A DNA stretch of 64,000 bases from Vulcanisaeta sp. AZ3 (GCA_000960865.2 JZWU02000001.1:1-64000); one strand, 5' to 3'; positions 42,367 through 53,116 are shown, numbered from the stretch's first letter. Translations and numbers: made by a program. Notes: generated by a model not told the origin, from the letters alone.

Positions 42367-43533
42367 CTAACCCTTAATTTGTCTCAAATATTCATTCTTA
42401 ACATGAAGTATTAATTGAGGTAAGTTAATACCCATTGGACATACCTCCTTACAATTACCTGAGTGAGTGCATAACATTGCGGCTGGCCCTGCCTCCATGA
42501 TGCCTTTAGTAACGGCTGTCCAGGGAATTCCCATTGGTCCTGTGTATGGTGGTTTGCCAAACCTGGGCCCCACGGCCCAGTAGGTTGGGCAGTGCATACT
42601 GCATCTACCGCACCTTATGCATAGGAGAATCTCCCATAGTACAGGGTCCTTGGCTGCCTTTCTCCTTCCATTGTCTATAAGAATCATGTGGAATTCCTTT
42701 GGGCCTTGGGCTGGTGAGACTCTTACCATTTCTACATCGGCTGTACTACTTGGTCCAGCGGTTAGGTTTACGTAGGTTGGTGGGTAGAGGCCTGCGTAGG
42801 CTGCTTGTACGAGCGTTTCTATCATTGCGTAGTATAGTGTGGGTACTATTTTCTCAACACCGTCATAGACTATATGCACTGTGGGTATTACAGTGGTCAT
42901 TCTAATGTTACCCTCATTCTCAACCAAGAGTACGGCACCTGTATCAGCAGCTATTGCATTAGCACCAGTTATACCCACCTGGGCCTTCATGAATTTTTCC
43001 CTGATGAACTCACGAGCCTTCTGAGCTATTGCAACTGGGTCTGGTGGTATGTCAACGCCGAGTTTCTCCTTCATTACCTGGGCTATCCTCTCCTTCGTCA
43101 TATGCAGAGCCGGTGCTAGTATATGACTTGACTCCTCATTGGCTATTTGAATAAGAAACTCACCTAAATCAGTCTCCCAAACCTCATTACCCAATCCCTG
43201 CAGGTACTGCCTTAACCCTGTCTCTGCCGCCACATTATTCTTACTCATCACAATTACCTTACCACTACCCACAATCCTACTCACCACTTCTTTAGCCTCC
43301 TCAGACGTCTCTGCGAGGTAGAACCTACCCCCAATCCTCTCCACAGACCTCCTAACTTGGTCTATGTAATAATCAAGATTCCTAATGACATCCTCTTTAG
43401 CTTTCCTAAGTTCTTTAGCCAGGTCCTGTATGTATGGGTATCTCTTTAATACGTCGAGGACTGATGGTATGTTTGAGGAGGTTGCCCTGGATATAGCAAC
43501 GTCCCAATTCGGTGGCGCCAATTCACTCATCAA
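42367..43533 (-). CDS. LUD-domain Fe-S protein (LutB/YkgF-like)
   Basis: ETDLGEFLIQ, SHILAPALH, ENEGN, CIRCGRCSMHCP, CKEVCP. Confidence 0.88.
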   Translation of the reverse strand: MMSELAPPNWDVAISRATSSNIPSVLDVLKRYPYIQDLAKELRKAKEDVIRNLDYYIDQVRRSVERIGGRFYLAETSEEAKEVVSRIVGSGKVIVMSKNNVAAETGLRQYLQGLGNEVWETDLGEFLIQIANEESSHILAPALHMTKERIAQVMKEKLGVDIPPDPVAIAQKAREFIREKFMKAQVGITGANAIAADTGAVLLVENEGNIRMTTVIPTVHIVYDGVEKIVPTLYYAMIETLVQAAYAGLYPPTYVNLTAGPSSTADVEMVRVSPAQGPKEFHMILIDNGRRKAAKDPVLWEILLCIRCGRCSMHCPTYWAVGPRFGKPPYTGPMGIPWTAVTKGIMEAGPAAMLCTHSGNCKEVCPMGINLPQLILHVKNEYLRQIKG

Positions 43534-43561
43534 TTAAGTACTCATTGGCTACCTTTAAATT

Positions 43562-44578
43562 TTAATGTTGGCCTAATTGCTTCGTACTATCGTACTTACT
43601 ATGCCACATCCTCATTACGTCATCCTCAATGAAACCCTTAACAACCTCCACACCACTATCACTCACGAGCTCCACGGCTGGCTCTCCCTCCATAACCTCA
43701 CCAATGACAGCATAGTTAATGCCTAGCCCGCTTAATCTACTAATTGCCTCATCAATGTCTTTCCTCGGTATTACCGCTATGAGCATTCCTGAGCTTAGAG
43801 ACCTTAATGGGTCAAGCTTTAAGGCATTGAATATGACCTCAGTCTCCCTGAGCATTGGCACCCTATCCCTATAAATCCTAACCCTAGCATTACTCGCCTC
43901 AGCCACCTCAAGCAAGCCTTGCAGAAGACCACCCTCTGTTGGGTCATGCATAGACGAGGCTAAGTCAGATAGGGCTAGGGCCTCCTTAACAACACTAATA
44001 CTCCTAACCAAGGATTGAGCATTAGCAGTAATATCCTCCGACACGCCCAACTTGGTGAGCTCGTTCTTCATGTCAAGAGATAATACTGCAGTTCCCTCGA
44101 GAGCCACATACTTAGTGACCAGGACCAGATCCCCCACCTTAGCGCCACCCGTGGTTATGTACCTATCGCCAATGCCCATGGCTGTTACAGAGGCTATAGG
44201 CCTATCAAGACCTGGCGTGTACTCGGTATGACCACCAATCAGGGATGCATTTAATTCCTTGAGGGCTTCATCAACGTCATCCATAACTTTAACTAAATCA
44301 CTTTCGCTAAAATCCTCGGGGAGTAATAACGTTAGTAGGAACCATCGAGGCCTCACACCCCTAACTGCCACGTCATTAGCCACTATGTTTATTGCGTACC
44401 AACCTAAATTTGCCACAGCGCCTGTTATTGGGTCGGTGTGAGTAATGAGGAATTTATCACCAACCCTCAACACAGCAGCATCCTCACCAACCCTTGGACC
44501 CATAATCACAAGCGGGTCCTTAACGCCAGCTCTTGTGAACACGACTCTCCTTAAGACATCATTACTGATCTTCACCAT
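43562..44578 (-). CDS. AIR synthase (PurM)/HypE-like family protein
   Basis: GEDAA, HTDPITGA, ANDVA, GGHTE, MHDPTEGG, SSG. Confidence 0.88.
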   Translation of the reverse strand: MVKISNDVLRRVVFTRAGVKDPLVIMGPRVGEDAAVLRVGDKFLITHTDPITGAVANLGWYAINIVANDVAVRGVRPRWFLLTLLLPEDFSESDLVKVMDDVDEALKELNASLIGGHTEYTPGLDRPIASVTAMGIGDRYITTGGAKVGDLVLVTKYVALEGTAVLSLDMKNELTKLGVSEDITANAQSLVRSISVVKEALALSDLASSMHDPTEGGLLQGLLEVAEASNARVRIYRDRVPMLRETEVIFNALKLDPLRSLSSGMLIAVIPRKDIDEAISRLSGLGINYAVIGEVMEGEPAVELVSDSGVEVVKGFIEDDVMRMWHSKYDSTKQLGQH

Positions 44579-44656
44579 TAATTATCAGGGAGTAACGCAT
44601 AATAATAAGTTATATGCATCATTGAGTATAGACAAACTTTTAAAGAATGTGCCAAA

Positions 44657-45250
44657 TTGATGGCATTAGTGAGGCATTGTACTCTGTATTTTGATGGTGC
44701 TTGCGAACCAGTAAACCCTGGTGGTGTGGGTACCTACGGGTTCGTAATTTATGAGGAGGACTCAGTAATTCATAGGCAGGGTGGTATTGCATGTGAACCT
44801 GGCCCTAACTGTACGAATAATGTTGCTGAGTACACGGGCTTAATTAATGGATTAAGGTGGATCCTTAATCATCCTAAGCTTGGTTGTGATTGGCTCTTGG
44901 TTATTGGCGATAGTCAATTAGTGATTAGGCATGTATTAGGTAGGTATAGAGTTAGGAGCGAGAGACTTAAACCACTTTATGATGGGGTTGTAGAAATCCT
45001 GAGGGATTTGAGGAGTAGGGTTGAGGTTAAGTTTAGGTGGGTTAGGAGAGAATTAAATGAAGAGGCTGATGAATTGACAAAGGAGGCCTATGTTAAGTAT
45101 ATGGATGAGCATCCAGAGGCTGTTGAGAAATTCCGTAATTACTTCGCTACGGAGGATCAATTAAAGACTCTTACATCTCTAGGTGTGAAGATATATCGAT
45201 ACATGGGTAGGTTTGAGGCCGAGAGGTTGATTAAGAGGCTGGGTGGGTAG
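44657..45250 (+). CDS. rnhA: Ribonuclease HI
   Basis: YFDGACEPVNPG, TNNVAEY, GDSQLV, WVRRELNEEADEL. Confidence 0.92.
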   Translation: MMALVRHCTLYFDGACEPVNPGGVGTYGFVIYEEDSVIHRQGGIACEPGPNCTNNVAEYTGLINGLRWILNHPKLGCDWLLVIGDSQLVIRHVLGRYRVRSERLKPLYDGVVEILRDLRSRVEVKFRWVRRELNEEADELTKEAYVKYMDEHPEAVEKFRNYFATEDQLKTLTSLGVKIYRYMGRFEAERLIKRLGG

Positions 45251-45317
45251 TAATTTATACGTCTATTTAGTGCTACTGGAAATCCTTATATCTAAGGAAA
45301 CAGTGGGGGCCTATGCC

Positions 45318-46553
45318 ATGAGTAGCGCAGATGTCTTTAGCAGAGCCAAGGTAGCCCTAGAGACCATTAGGGATGCCCAATCTAAGGGCTTGATTTACAG
45401 GACGCCATTACTAAGGAGTGAGACCTTAAGCGGTATTGTTGGTGCTAATGTTTGGTTAAAGTTAGAGTCTCTGCAGAAGACGGGTTCTTTTAAGGTTCGT
45501 GGTGCATACTTTGCAATTAAGAATGCTATTGAGAGGTTAGGGGTTAAGCATGTTATTACCGCATCAGCTGGAAACCACGCTCAGGGTGTTGCCTACGCGG
45601 CCAGGTTAATGGGGATTAAGGCAACAGTAGTCATGCCTGAATCAACACCTTGGATTAAGATAATGAGGACTAGGAAGTATGGAGCCGAGGTTGTACTACA
45701 CGGTGAGTCCTACACGGAATCTGAAGCATACGCTATGAAGTTAAAGGACGAGATGAAGGCTTATTACATACATGCTTATAACGATCCAGACGTAATTGCT
45801 GGTCAAGGCACCATAGGCTTTGAGATCTATGAGGATCTTAAAGACGTAGATTATGTGATAGTCCCAGTGGGTGGCGGTGGGTTAATATCGGGCATAGCCT
45901 CTGTAATAAAGAAACTGAAACCAAACGTCAAAGTTATTGGTGTTCAGAGCGATGGTGCGCCTGGAGCCTATGAATCACTTAAGGAGGGTAGGATTGTAAC
46001 TATAGAGAATGTAGACACAATAGCCGAGGGCATAGCCGTTAAGAGAATTGGCGAGCTAACCTTTAAGCTAATGAGCGAGTTACTCGATGATATAGTTCTC
46101 GTTAGTGATCTCGAAATTGCCAAGGCAATACTCCTCATAGCTGAGAGCGTGAAGACAATCGCTGAAGGCGCAGGTGCAGCTGCAGTGGCAGCCTTAATAA
46201 GTGGTAAGGTTAAGGTTAACGGCAATGTAGTAGCTTTAGTCAGTGGTGGGAATATAGATATGACAATGCTCTTCAGAGTAATAACCAAAGCCCTAGCCCT
46301 TGAGGACAGGATAAAGAAATTAACAGGACTACTCCCCGACAAACCCGGAACACTCGCAAAGGTAACCACAACACTTGGAAACCTAGGTGTAAACATACTT
46401 GACGTATTTCACGAGAGGTATGACCCAACAATAAAGCCTGGTTACGTCAGAGTATCCTTCATAATCGAATTACCCCCTGAGGAGGAAGCCTTGGATAAGG
46501 TCTTAAAGGAATTGAGTAAGTTGAATTATAACTTCACGGTTGAAAAAGCATAA
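45318..46553 (+). CDS. ilvA: Threonine ammonia-lyase with C-terminal ACT domain
   Basis: KLESLQKTGSFKVRGA, SAGNHAQG, VGGGGL, SGGNID, PDKPG; ATG 45318. Confidence 0.93.
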   Translation: MSSADVFSRAKVALETIRDAQSKGLIYRTPLLRSETLSGIVGANVWLKLESLQKTGSFKVRGAYFAIKNAIERLGVKHVITASAGNHAQGVAYAARLMGIKATVVMPESTPWIKIMRTRKYGAEVVLHGESYTESEAYAMKLKDEMKAYYIHAYNDPDVIAGQGTIGFEIYEDLKDVDYVIVPVGGGGLISGIASVIKKLKPNVKVIGVQSDGAPGAYESLKEGRIVTIENVDTIAEGIAVKRIGELTFKLMSELLDDIVLVSDLEIAKAILLIAESVKTIAEGAGAAAVAALISGKVKVNGNVVALVSGGNIDMTMLFRVITKALALEDRIKKLTGLLPDKPGTLAKVTTTLGNLGVNILDVFHERYDPTIKPGYVRVSFIIELPPEEEALDKVLKELSKLNYNFTVEKA

Positions 46554-46597
46554 CGCACTAAGTTAAACCTAAAAATACGCTCAACCCTCACATTGCA

Positions 46598-46981
46598 ATG
46601 AGCGAGAGGAAGATAATATATACAGAGAGGGCCCCGAAACCCATCGGGCCTTACTCACAGGCCGTACAAGTGGGTAATACACTCTACATTAGTGGTCAAA
46701 TACCCATAGATCCAACCACCGGTAAGTTAGTTCAGGGTGGAATTAAAGAACAGACGGAGAGGGTTCTGGAGAATATTAAGGCAATATTAGAGGCAGCAGG
46801 CTATACCATGGATGATGTTGTTTGGGTATTCGTAGCCCTAAAGGACTTGAAAATGTTCTCAGAATTCAATGAAGTATACGCAAGGTACTTCACAAGAAAC
46901 CCACCAGCCAGGATAACAATAGAAGTCAGCAACCTACCCCAGGGAGCCTTAATCGAGATTACGGCCGTGGCTACTAAGTAA
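46598..46981 (+). CDS. ridA: RidA enamine/imine deaminase
   Basis: [32 protein letters not shown]; follows ilvA. Confidence 0.95.
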   Translation: MSERKIIYTERAPKPIGPYSQAVQVGNTLYISGQIPIDPTTGKLVQGGIKEQTERVLENIKAILEAAGYTMDDVVWVFVALKDLKMFSEFNEVYARYFTRNPPARITIEVSNLPQGALIEITAVATK

Positions 46982-47339
46982 TGCCCAACTCCCTAAGCCT
47001 ATCCCTAAGATTTAACCCATCATGAAGTAACTTACCACCCTTAAGCATTGCATTAACAACAGGATCATTTAAATCCTCAGGACACAGGACAACAATATCA
47101 ATGGGTATTGGTGGTGCCAACCTATACAACTCAGAGGCGGCCTTAAGCCTATCGCCACAACTCATTATTACGGCAACATCAAAATCACTAGACGGTTCAT
47201 TATCGCCCCTAGCCCTACTACCAAACAAAATCACAGTAACGTTGGGATACTCCCTAATCAACCTACTTACAAATTCATTAAATAATTTCTCATATGAATT
47301 AACAAACTCCATTAACCTCCTCATAAATTCCTCAACCAT
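46974..47339 (-). CDS. Minimal nucleotidyltransferase (MNT)
   Basis: [21 protein letters not shown]. Confidence 0.92.
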   Translation of the reverse strand: MVEEFMRRLMEFVNSYEKLFNEFVSRLIREYPNVTVILFGSRARGDNEPSSDFDVAVIMSCGDRLKAASELYRLAPPIPIDIVVLCPEDLNDPVVNAMLKGGKLLHDGLNLRDRLRELGIT

Positions 47340-47674
47340 TTAATCACCACCTCAGCCCTCCTAACACACTCCTCAGCATCACCCCTACCATACATATCCC
47401 TAGAGGAGTACCTAGAAGCGACATAGTGAGGATTCAGGAACCTAACAGCCTCAATAACTTCGTTAGGTGGATTATTACTTAACATACTTATTAAAGTTAG
47501 TAGATTATGTGTAAATGGATATGCACCTGCCCTCGTCAATAACAAGCCCTTCACGTAAAGTTCTACAGCTTGATACGCCATAAAGCACGATACCCAATAA
47601 AGCCCTCTTTCTAATGCCACCCTAGCTCCCTCCAATGCCTCTAGCCCCTTCTTAACTAACTCATTCTCGCTCAA
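47321..47674 (-). CDS. HEPN domain protein
   Basis: F.A.QAVELYVKG, THNL, LNPHYVASRY; overlaps MNT. Confidence 0.9.
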   Translation of the reverse strand: MSENELVKKGLEALEGARVALERGLYWVSCFMAYQAVELYVKGLLLTRAGAYPFTHNLLTLISMLSNNPPNEVIEAVRFLNPHYVASRYSSRDMYGRGDAEECVRRAEVVIKWLRNL

Positions 47675-47733
47675 GTTCCTCTTTACCCTTAATCAACAGG
47701 GTTATAAATTATAATTCAACTATAAGTATAGGT

Positions 47734-48441
47734 GTGAGGATTAATAGAGCGATTGCTGTTACGGAGATCTCACAACAATTCTACTGCGAATATAAACTAC
47801 ACCTATCCCTAACTGAGGGTACCCTAGAAACACCACAAATGAGCATGGGAACCCTAATACATGACCTAATCCTCGGCAGTGGTGTGGAGGTTACGAGAGA
47901 GGAATTAATGGACAAGATTAAGAACGGGGATTTAATCATTGCCTCATTACCCCTTGAATTCACAGCAAATAATGCATTAATAATCGGCATACCTGATGCA
48001 GTAATATTTCGAGGAGGTAGGGCTGAGGCTATCGTTGAATTAAAGACCACTAATAAGTGGTTAGGTACATTATTTATCCATGAGTATATTCAAGCCCAGC
48101 TCTACGCATACGCCCTCGTTAGGAATAAGCTTGGGGACAAGCCCTTAGTAGTTATTGTGAAGGTGATTAGGGATCCTTCAATAACGCCAAGGCTTAGGGC
48201 ATCAATACTTAAAGTCATCATTAAGTACTTAGACGAATTAATAGCATTACCAATGAAAGTCAAGGGTAAGGATTACACAATACACTTCCTACCCTACGAT
48301 AACACAATAGAAACTCACTTGAAGTGGGCCCTAGACTATTGGCTCAATGATAGGGAGCCTGTGGCTAACCCATCGCCAGGTAAGTGCATGGTCTGTGAAT
48401 TCAAAAATCAATGCCCACATGCAAGGTTAGGTGAGGATTGA
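47734..48441 (+). CDS. Solo Cas4-like PD-(D/E)XK nuclease
   Basis: FYCE, G..IH, GIPD, IVELKT, QAQLYAY, CMVCEFKNQC (four-Cys Fe-S staple). Confidence 0.85.
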   Translation: MRINRAIAVTEISQQFYCEYKLHLSLTEGTLETPQMSMGTLIHDLILGSGVEVTREELMDKIKNGDLIIASLPLEFTANNALIIGIPDAVIFRGGRAEAIVELKTTNKWLGTLFIHEYIQAQLYAYALVRNKLGDKPLVVIVKVIRDPSITPRLRASILKVIIKYLDELIALPMKVKGKDYTIHFLPYDNTIETHLKWALDYWLNDREPVANPSPGKCMVCEFKNQCPHARLGED

Positions 48442-48442
48442 T

Positions 48443-48913
48443 TTACTCCTCACTCTCTCCGCCTGCAACTTCGTATTTATGGACCCTCTTCAGCCTCATT
48501 CTCCTTAATTGACCTAGGACGAGGTCTATGTATTTATTTGCCTTCATTTCATCAATACCTCTCTCCCTAAATATTACCTCCATTACCTTTGCGTAATTCT
48601 TATACTCCTCATTCAATTTCTTCCAGGGCAAACCCTTTAACTTACCCTCAAGCTCAGGATCTCTTGGTAACAAGCCCTTATGCATTAGTACGGCTATTAT
48701 TGGGTAACCCACATAACCTCTATACACAGTACCATTATCAGTACTATCAACCTCCCTACGCCCAACATCGACATATACCATGTAAGTCCTCGAACCATCC
48801 GAGGAAACAACCCTAGCCTCCTTATCATTAATAACCTCCATCCTACCATCAGCAAGAGAACCCAAAGCCTCAAGAACCTTAATCCTAGGCGGCAACCTAA
48901 GCGCTTCACTCAC
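48443..48913 (-). CDS. Conserved hypothetical protein
   Basis: PPRIKVLEALG..ADGR, SSDG, DNG..GY.GYP, WKKLN. Confidence 0.75.
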   Translation of the reverse strand: MSEALRLPPRIKVLEALGSLADGRMEVINDKEARVVSSDGSRTYMVYVDVGRREVDSTDNGTVYRGYVGYPIIAVLMHKGLLPRDPELEGKLKGLPWKKLNEEYKNYAKVMEVIFRERGIDEMKANKYIDLVLGQLRRMRLKRVHKYEVAGGESEE

Positions 48914-48997
48914 AATTACTAATACACCGGGACTATTATTTAAACTGTTTCAACACCGAGTTAAAGTTAATAGGGTCATAACTAATTCTACTTAGTC

Positions 48998-50254
48998 ATG
49001 GGCTTCAAAGAAACAAAAACTGTGGATTACGTACTAAATGAAGCCCTCAAATACATTAAACACACACCCAGTGCTGTAGAGGTACCAATAAGTGATGCAC
49101 TAGGTAAATACCTGGCCGAGGATGCTGTGGCTAAATTCGACGTTCCAGGCTTCAATAGATCAGCCGTAGATGGTTATGCAGTGAGGAGCATAGACACCTT
49201 CGGAGCCTCACCAACAAACCCAATAACACTTAGAGTAATTGGATTCATCACTGTTGGTGATGATCCAAGTAAATACATGCTCAATCCAGGCGAAGCTGTA
49301 GAAATAAGCACAGGAGCCTCATTACCAATTAATGCTGACGCCGTGGCCATGTATGAGGATACACGTAGGTCTGGAGACTTCGTCGAAATACTAAGACCAG
49401 TACCACCAATGGGCAATGTGAGCAGAAGGGGTGAGGATGTAAAGGCTGGTGAGGTCATATTCAAGAAAGGTACTAGAATCCTTCCCTGGGATCTAGGCGT
49501 ATTGGCCTCCATGGGTTTACATCACGTTAAGGTTTACTCCCTTAGAGTTGCTATAATAAGTACTGGCAACGAATTAATCGAAGTAACAAATGCACCCCCT
49601 GAAGGACCACCTCCAGGTATGGTAATTAATAGTTCAAGATTCGTAATTGAGGGCCTAGTAAAATCCCTGGGTTTCGAACCAAATTACATAGGGATTATTG
49701 GAGATGATGAGGTAAAGATCGCAGAGACCATAAGCAATGCGCTTAAGAGTTACGATGCCGTGATAACCACCGGAGGAGCCTCCGTGGGCAAGGTCGACTA
49801 TACAATTAGAACAGTCATGAGACTAAACCCAGAGTATATAAACCACGGACTCTCCATAAGGCCAGGCAAGCCTAATAGCATTGCCATAATTAACGGCAAA
49901 CCAGTATTCATGCTAAGCGGATTCCCTGTAGCTGCCGCCACGGGCTTCGACGTTTTAGTTAAACCCATACTACTCAGGATGGTTAGTGCTGAGGAGGAGC
50001 CAAAACCCATGGTTAGAGGTGTACTAACGAGGAGAGTAACCACGCCAGTCAATACTAGGTCGTTCGTGAGGGTTAAAGTTTACCGTGGCGAAGATGGTAA
50101 AGTGTACATAGAGCCGTTAGCCCTAACGGGCAGTGGTGTCTTATCAACGCTCGTAAGGGGTAATGGCATACTCGTAATACCCGAGAATAGGGAGGGCTTT
50201 GATGAAGGTGATGAGGTTGAGGTTCAATTAATAAGGCAGGTCTTCAAGGAGTAG
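48998..50254 (+). CDS. moeA: Molybdopterin molybdenumtransferase
   Basis: FNRSAVDGYAV, STGA.LP..ADAV, STGNEL, TTGGASVG..D, RPGKP. Confidence 0.94.
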   Translation: MGFKETKTVDYVLNEALKYIKHTPSAVEVPISDALGKYLAEDAVAKFDVPGFNRSAVDGYAVRSIDTFGASPTNPITLRVIGFITVGDDPSKYMLNPGEAVEISTGASLPINADAVAMYEDTRRSGDFVEILRPVPPMGNVSRRGEDVKAGEVIFKKGTRILPWDLGVLASMGLHHVKVYSLRVAIISTGNELIEVTNAPPEGPPPGMVINSSRFVIEGLVKSLGFEPNYIGIIGDDEVKIAETISNALKSYDAVITTGGASVGKVDYTIRTVMRLNPEYINHGLSIRPGKPNSIAIINGKPVFMLSGFPVAAATGFDVLVKPILLRMVSAEEEPKPMVRGVLTRRVTTPVNTRSFVRVKVYRGEDGKVYIEPLALTGSGVLSTLVRGNGILVIPENREGFDEGDEVEVQLIRQVFKE

Positions 50255-50326
50255 GTTGATCCCGCAGGTTCTAATAGTGTAGTATTAAGGTTTTTAAGTT
50301 GGTTTTTGCCGTGGTTATTCCTAGCA

Positions 50327-50788
50327 ATGTCTTCATCGATACCCGAGTTTCTTAGGACTTCAGTCAAGGTTAAGGAAGTTGTTAATGATGTAGAGATTGT
50401 TTCCTTCAAGGTTCCTCCACATAAGTTCTTCGTTAATGAGGAACTGGCTTACCTAAGCATACCTCTTAATATCGATGAGAAGACCTTAGCAAATAAGATT
50501 AATGAGCTTAAGCTCGGTAGGAAAACAATAGAGAAGCTCTATGCCATAAGGCTTGATGAGGAAGCTTGGCATTACCGCGAACTTGAATTACCTGACCTCT
50601 ATAGTAATAATATTGATGGAACACCCATGGAAGGCAAAGGCAACATTACTTACTCGCTTTACATTCACATCAATGGTATTGAGAATTTTCTAAAGATCGT
50701 TGCCTTCAAATACACGAGTTACATAGAGATTGACGTAATGAGGCTAGCAGGTTATAGGGGCATTGTTCGCTATTTAATTCACTTCTAA
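50327..50788 (+). CDS. Hypothetical protein
   Basis: ORF convergent on the NurA-like gene; ATG 50327 follows a TATA-like TTTTTAAG. Confidence 0.65.
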   Translation: MSSSIPEFLRTSVKVKEVVNDVEIVSFKVPPHKFFVNEELAYLSIPLNIDEKTLANKINELKLGRKTIEKLYAIRLDEEAWHYRELELPDLYSNNIDGTPMEGKGNITYSLYIHINGIENFLKIVAFKYTSYIEIDVMRLAGYRGIVRYLIHF

Positions 50789-52218
50789 AGACTCTCAGAA
50801 TCAGTATCGAACGAGGGATTCAGATCCATGTTAAAGGCTAAGCCAAACCTCCTCTTTGCAGGTATCTTAAGCTTATCAATGGCTGTCACAGCATATCCCA
50901 GGAAATCACTACTCTTGAAATCAGCATATTCATGTGCCAACCATAGGAGGTAATTATAATGAATACTATCCCTATACATACTCACCAATATATTTAATTG
51001 GTCACTTACGTCTATTTTATCATAGAGTAACTTCCATGGGATTGCATTATCAAACATTGTCCAATCATAGTATGGGATCTCCACAGCAATGGGTGTGTCA
51101 TTATTATTGAGCTTTATGTATGTCATTAGTATCCTAGGAAAATTATGCAATGCATTCCTAACCATATTGAGTTGTTCATCAATACCTATACTCCCATAAT
51201 CATCAACATCCCTAAGACCAGCACTATCCTCAATCCTATCCCTAACCTGCTTAAGTAAATTTTCAACCTGAGTCAAGGACTTATAATTCAAGTAAGCATC
51301 CATAGCCCCTATTAAGAGTCTCCTCGTTATACCCTTCCCCAAACCCTGCATCCTGGCCAATTCTTCTAAGAACGATATATCAGAAATGGATTGACTAAGA
51401 GACATCCTAATTCCCATCCTAATTAAGTCTCTATGCACGCCGTTGTATTCCTTAGCAAGTGATATGAGTTTATTCCTATAACTCCTTATCCAAACTACAC
51501 TATACCAATCAATACCCCTATTAAGTATATCTATTAATCCCTTATCAACATTAATAAACGGTGCATCATCAAGAATAAACTCCTTTAGGGCATTAAATAA
51601 TACATAATCCTTATATATCTTAAGCCTTGAGTCCTTAGACACAAAAATAATCTTAACACCTAATTCCCTAGCTCTTATGAGAAGCTGATATAAGTTATCG
51701 AGAGCCTTGATGACCTCAGGTATGTAGTATAGGTCGAGAAATCCCTTCGTAAGTATTAACTCATGTATTAAAAACGTCACCTTGGCATAGAGACTACCAT
51801 CCATTAATAATGCATCATACTTACCACTCTCAATTGCCTTAAGGGCCACCTCATCCTCAATCAAACTCATCAAAACCCACTTCACCATTGGAGTGTATAC
51901 AGGGACTAGCTTAATGGTTACGTCAGCTATTGGTTCAACACCAACATTATTCACAGCAATTGCCCTGGCAACAATAAGAGCACCACCATTCCTAAGCTCA
52001 AGCTCTCTAACACCCCCATCAACAGCCACAACCCTAGCATTACCATCAACACCAACCCGAGGCAACGGCCTCCAGAGATTTTTCGCAGGATTATTCGTAC
52101 CACCCACATTTACAATATTACTGAGCATCCCCTGCACGCGGTTTACTCGTTCAATGTTACTATTGGCGTTAAGCTCCATTAACTTTCTGTAATAAATGCC
52201 ATAAAATATATCAGTCAT
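50785..52218 (-). CDS. NurA-domain nuclease
   Basis: VVAVDGG, LLMDGSL, FVSKDS, C-terminal YNYLLWLAHEYA. Confidence 0.82.
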   Translation of the reverse strand: MTDIFYGIYYRKLMELNANSNIERVNRVQGMLSNIVNVGGTNNPAKNLWRPLPRVGVDGNARVVAVDGGVRELELRNGGALIVARAIAVNNVGVEPIADVTIKLVPVYTPMVKWVLMSLIEDEVALKAIESGKYDALLMDGSLYAKVTFLIHELILTKGFLDLYYIPEVIKALDNLYQLLIRARELGVKIIFVSKDSRLKIYKDYVLFNALKEFILDDAPFINVDKGLIDILNRGIDWYSVVWIRSYRNKLISLAKEYNGVHRDLIRMGIRMSLSQSISDISFLEELARMQGLGKGITRRLLIGAMDAYLNYKSLTQVENLLKQVRDRIEDSAGLRDVDDYGSIGIDEQLNMVRNALHNFPRILMTYIKLNNNDTPIAVEIPYYDWTMFDNAIPWKLLYDKIDVSDQLNILVSMYRDSIHYNYLLWLAHEYADFKSSDFLGYAVTAIDKLKIPAKRRFGLAFNMDLNPSFDTDSESL

Positions 52219-52357
52219 TATCCACTAACAAGCATGTATTGTAAATTTAATAGTTTTTGCTTATGAAGATTACCCTTGAGCTAAATGAAAGTTTGAGAGA
52301 CTTGAGGAAAAGTAAATATTTATTAGCTAGGGAATTCATGAAGTTTGGTCATTTATT

Positions 52358-53116
52358 ATGGATATGAAGTACATATATGCAGTGATTGGCGTGGTGATCG
52401 TGGTTGCCGTCGTAATAAGTATTTTCTTCGTGCCAAAGATTATAAAGCCCACGGGTCCAAGTTTTAATGAATTCCTTATCAAGACTAACGGCAGCACCTA
52501 TACGGCCAACTATACCTATTATATTTACTATAACATGGCTGGTCGTATAAATACTGAGAGTTATTTAATACTCTACAGTCAGGAGAATCTCACAGACAGA
52601 TACATAGTGGTTAGGAACATAGCTCAACCTCAAATGAGCCTATACATAGTGATGACAAAGCTAAGTAATGGAACCTTAATGCAGTGTATAGCAGAACCTT
52701 TGTCTTCAGGTTGTTCTCCAACAAATCAAACCTTCAACCTCATATCCCTAATACTACCGGTAATTAATGCATCAAGCTTTAACTACGTAGGAATGCAAAA
52801 ATTGTTAAACCAAAACACCTACTGCTACATGTATAGAAATACGACTGCCCTGGGTTATGTCATACCAAGTATGGCGCAGTATGGGCTTGGTTCATTACCC
52901 GTCAATTTCACTGAGGAGGCTTGCATTACTAAGAGTGGCGTACCATTAATGATTAAGTTAAGTGCGTACACAACATTGAGCGTAAGTGGTTTATCAGCAC
53001 CATTTAACATAACACAAACATTAATTGCGACGAGTATTGAGAACGGAGTCTACCTAAGTAACAATGCAACTCTGTTATTGAAGTACTTAGGTGTTAATGC
53101 AACTAGTTCAGGGTGA
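52358..53116 (+). CDS. Hypothetical membrane-anchored extracellular protein
   Basis: N-terminal TM helix, many NxS/T sequons, four Cys. Confidence 0.72.
   Translation: MDMKYIYAVIGVVIVVAVVISIFFVPKIIKPTGPSFNEFLIKTNGSTYTANYTYYIYYNMAGRINTESYLILYSQENLTDRYIVVRNIAQPQMSLYIVMTKLSNGTLMQCIAEPLSSGCSPTNQTFNLISLILPVINASSFNYVGMQKLLNQNTYCYMYRNTTALGYVIPSMAQYGLGSLPVNFTEEACITKSGVPLMIKLSAYTTLSVSGLSAPFNITQTLIATSIENGVYLSNNATLLLKYLGVNATSSG

Noticed and set aside
44583-44623. Minus-strand ATGATGC...CTGA resembling a C/D RNA
   Set aside because: Too short, no internal boxes, and overlaps a divergent promoter
47734-48441. CRISPR-Cas locus suggested by the Cas4-like gene
   Set aside because: No repeat-spacer array or other cas genes anywhere in the window
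52262-52306. ATGAAGA..CTAA..ATGAAA..TTGA C/D-like pattern
   Set aside because: All four boxes deviate from consensus; probably chance in a promoter region
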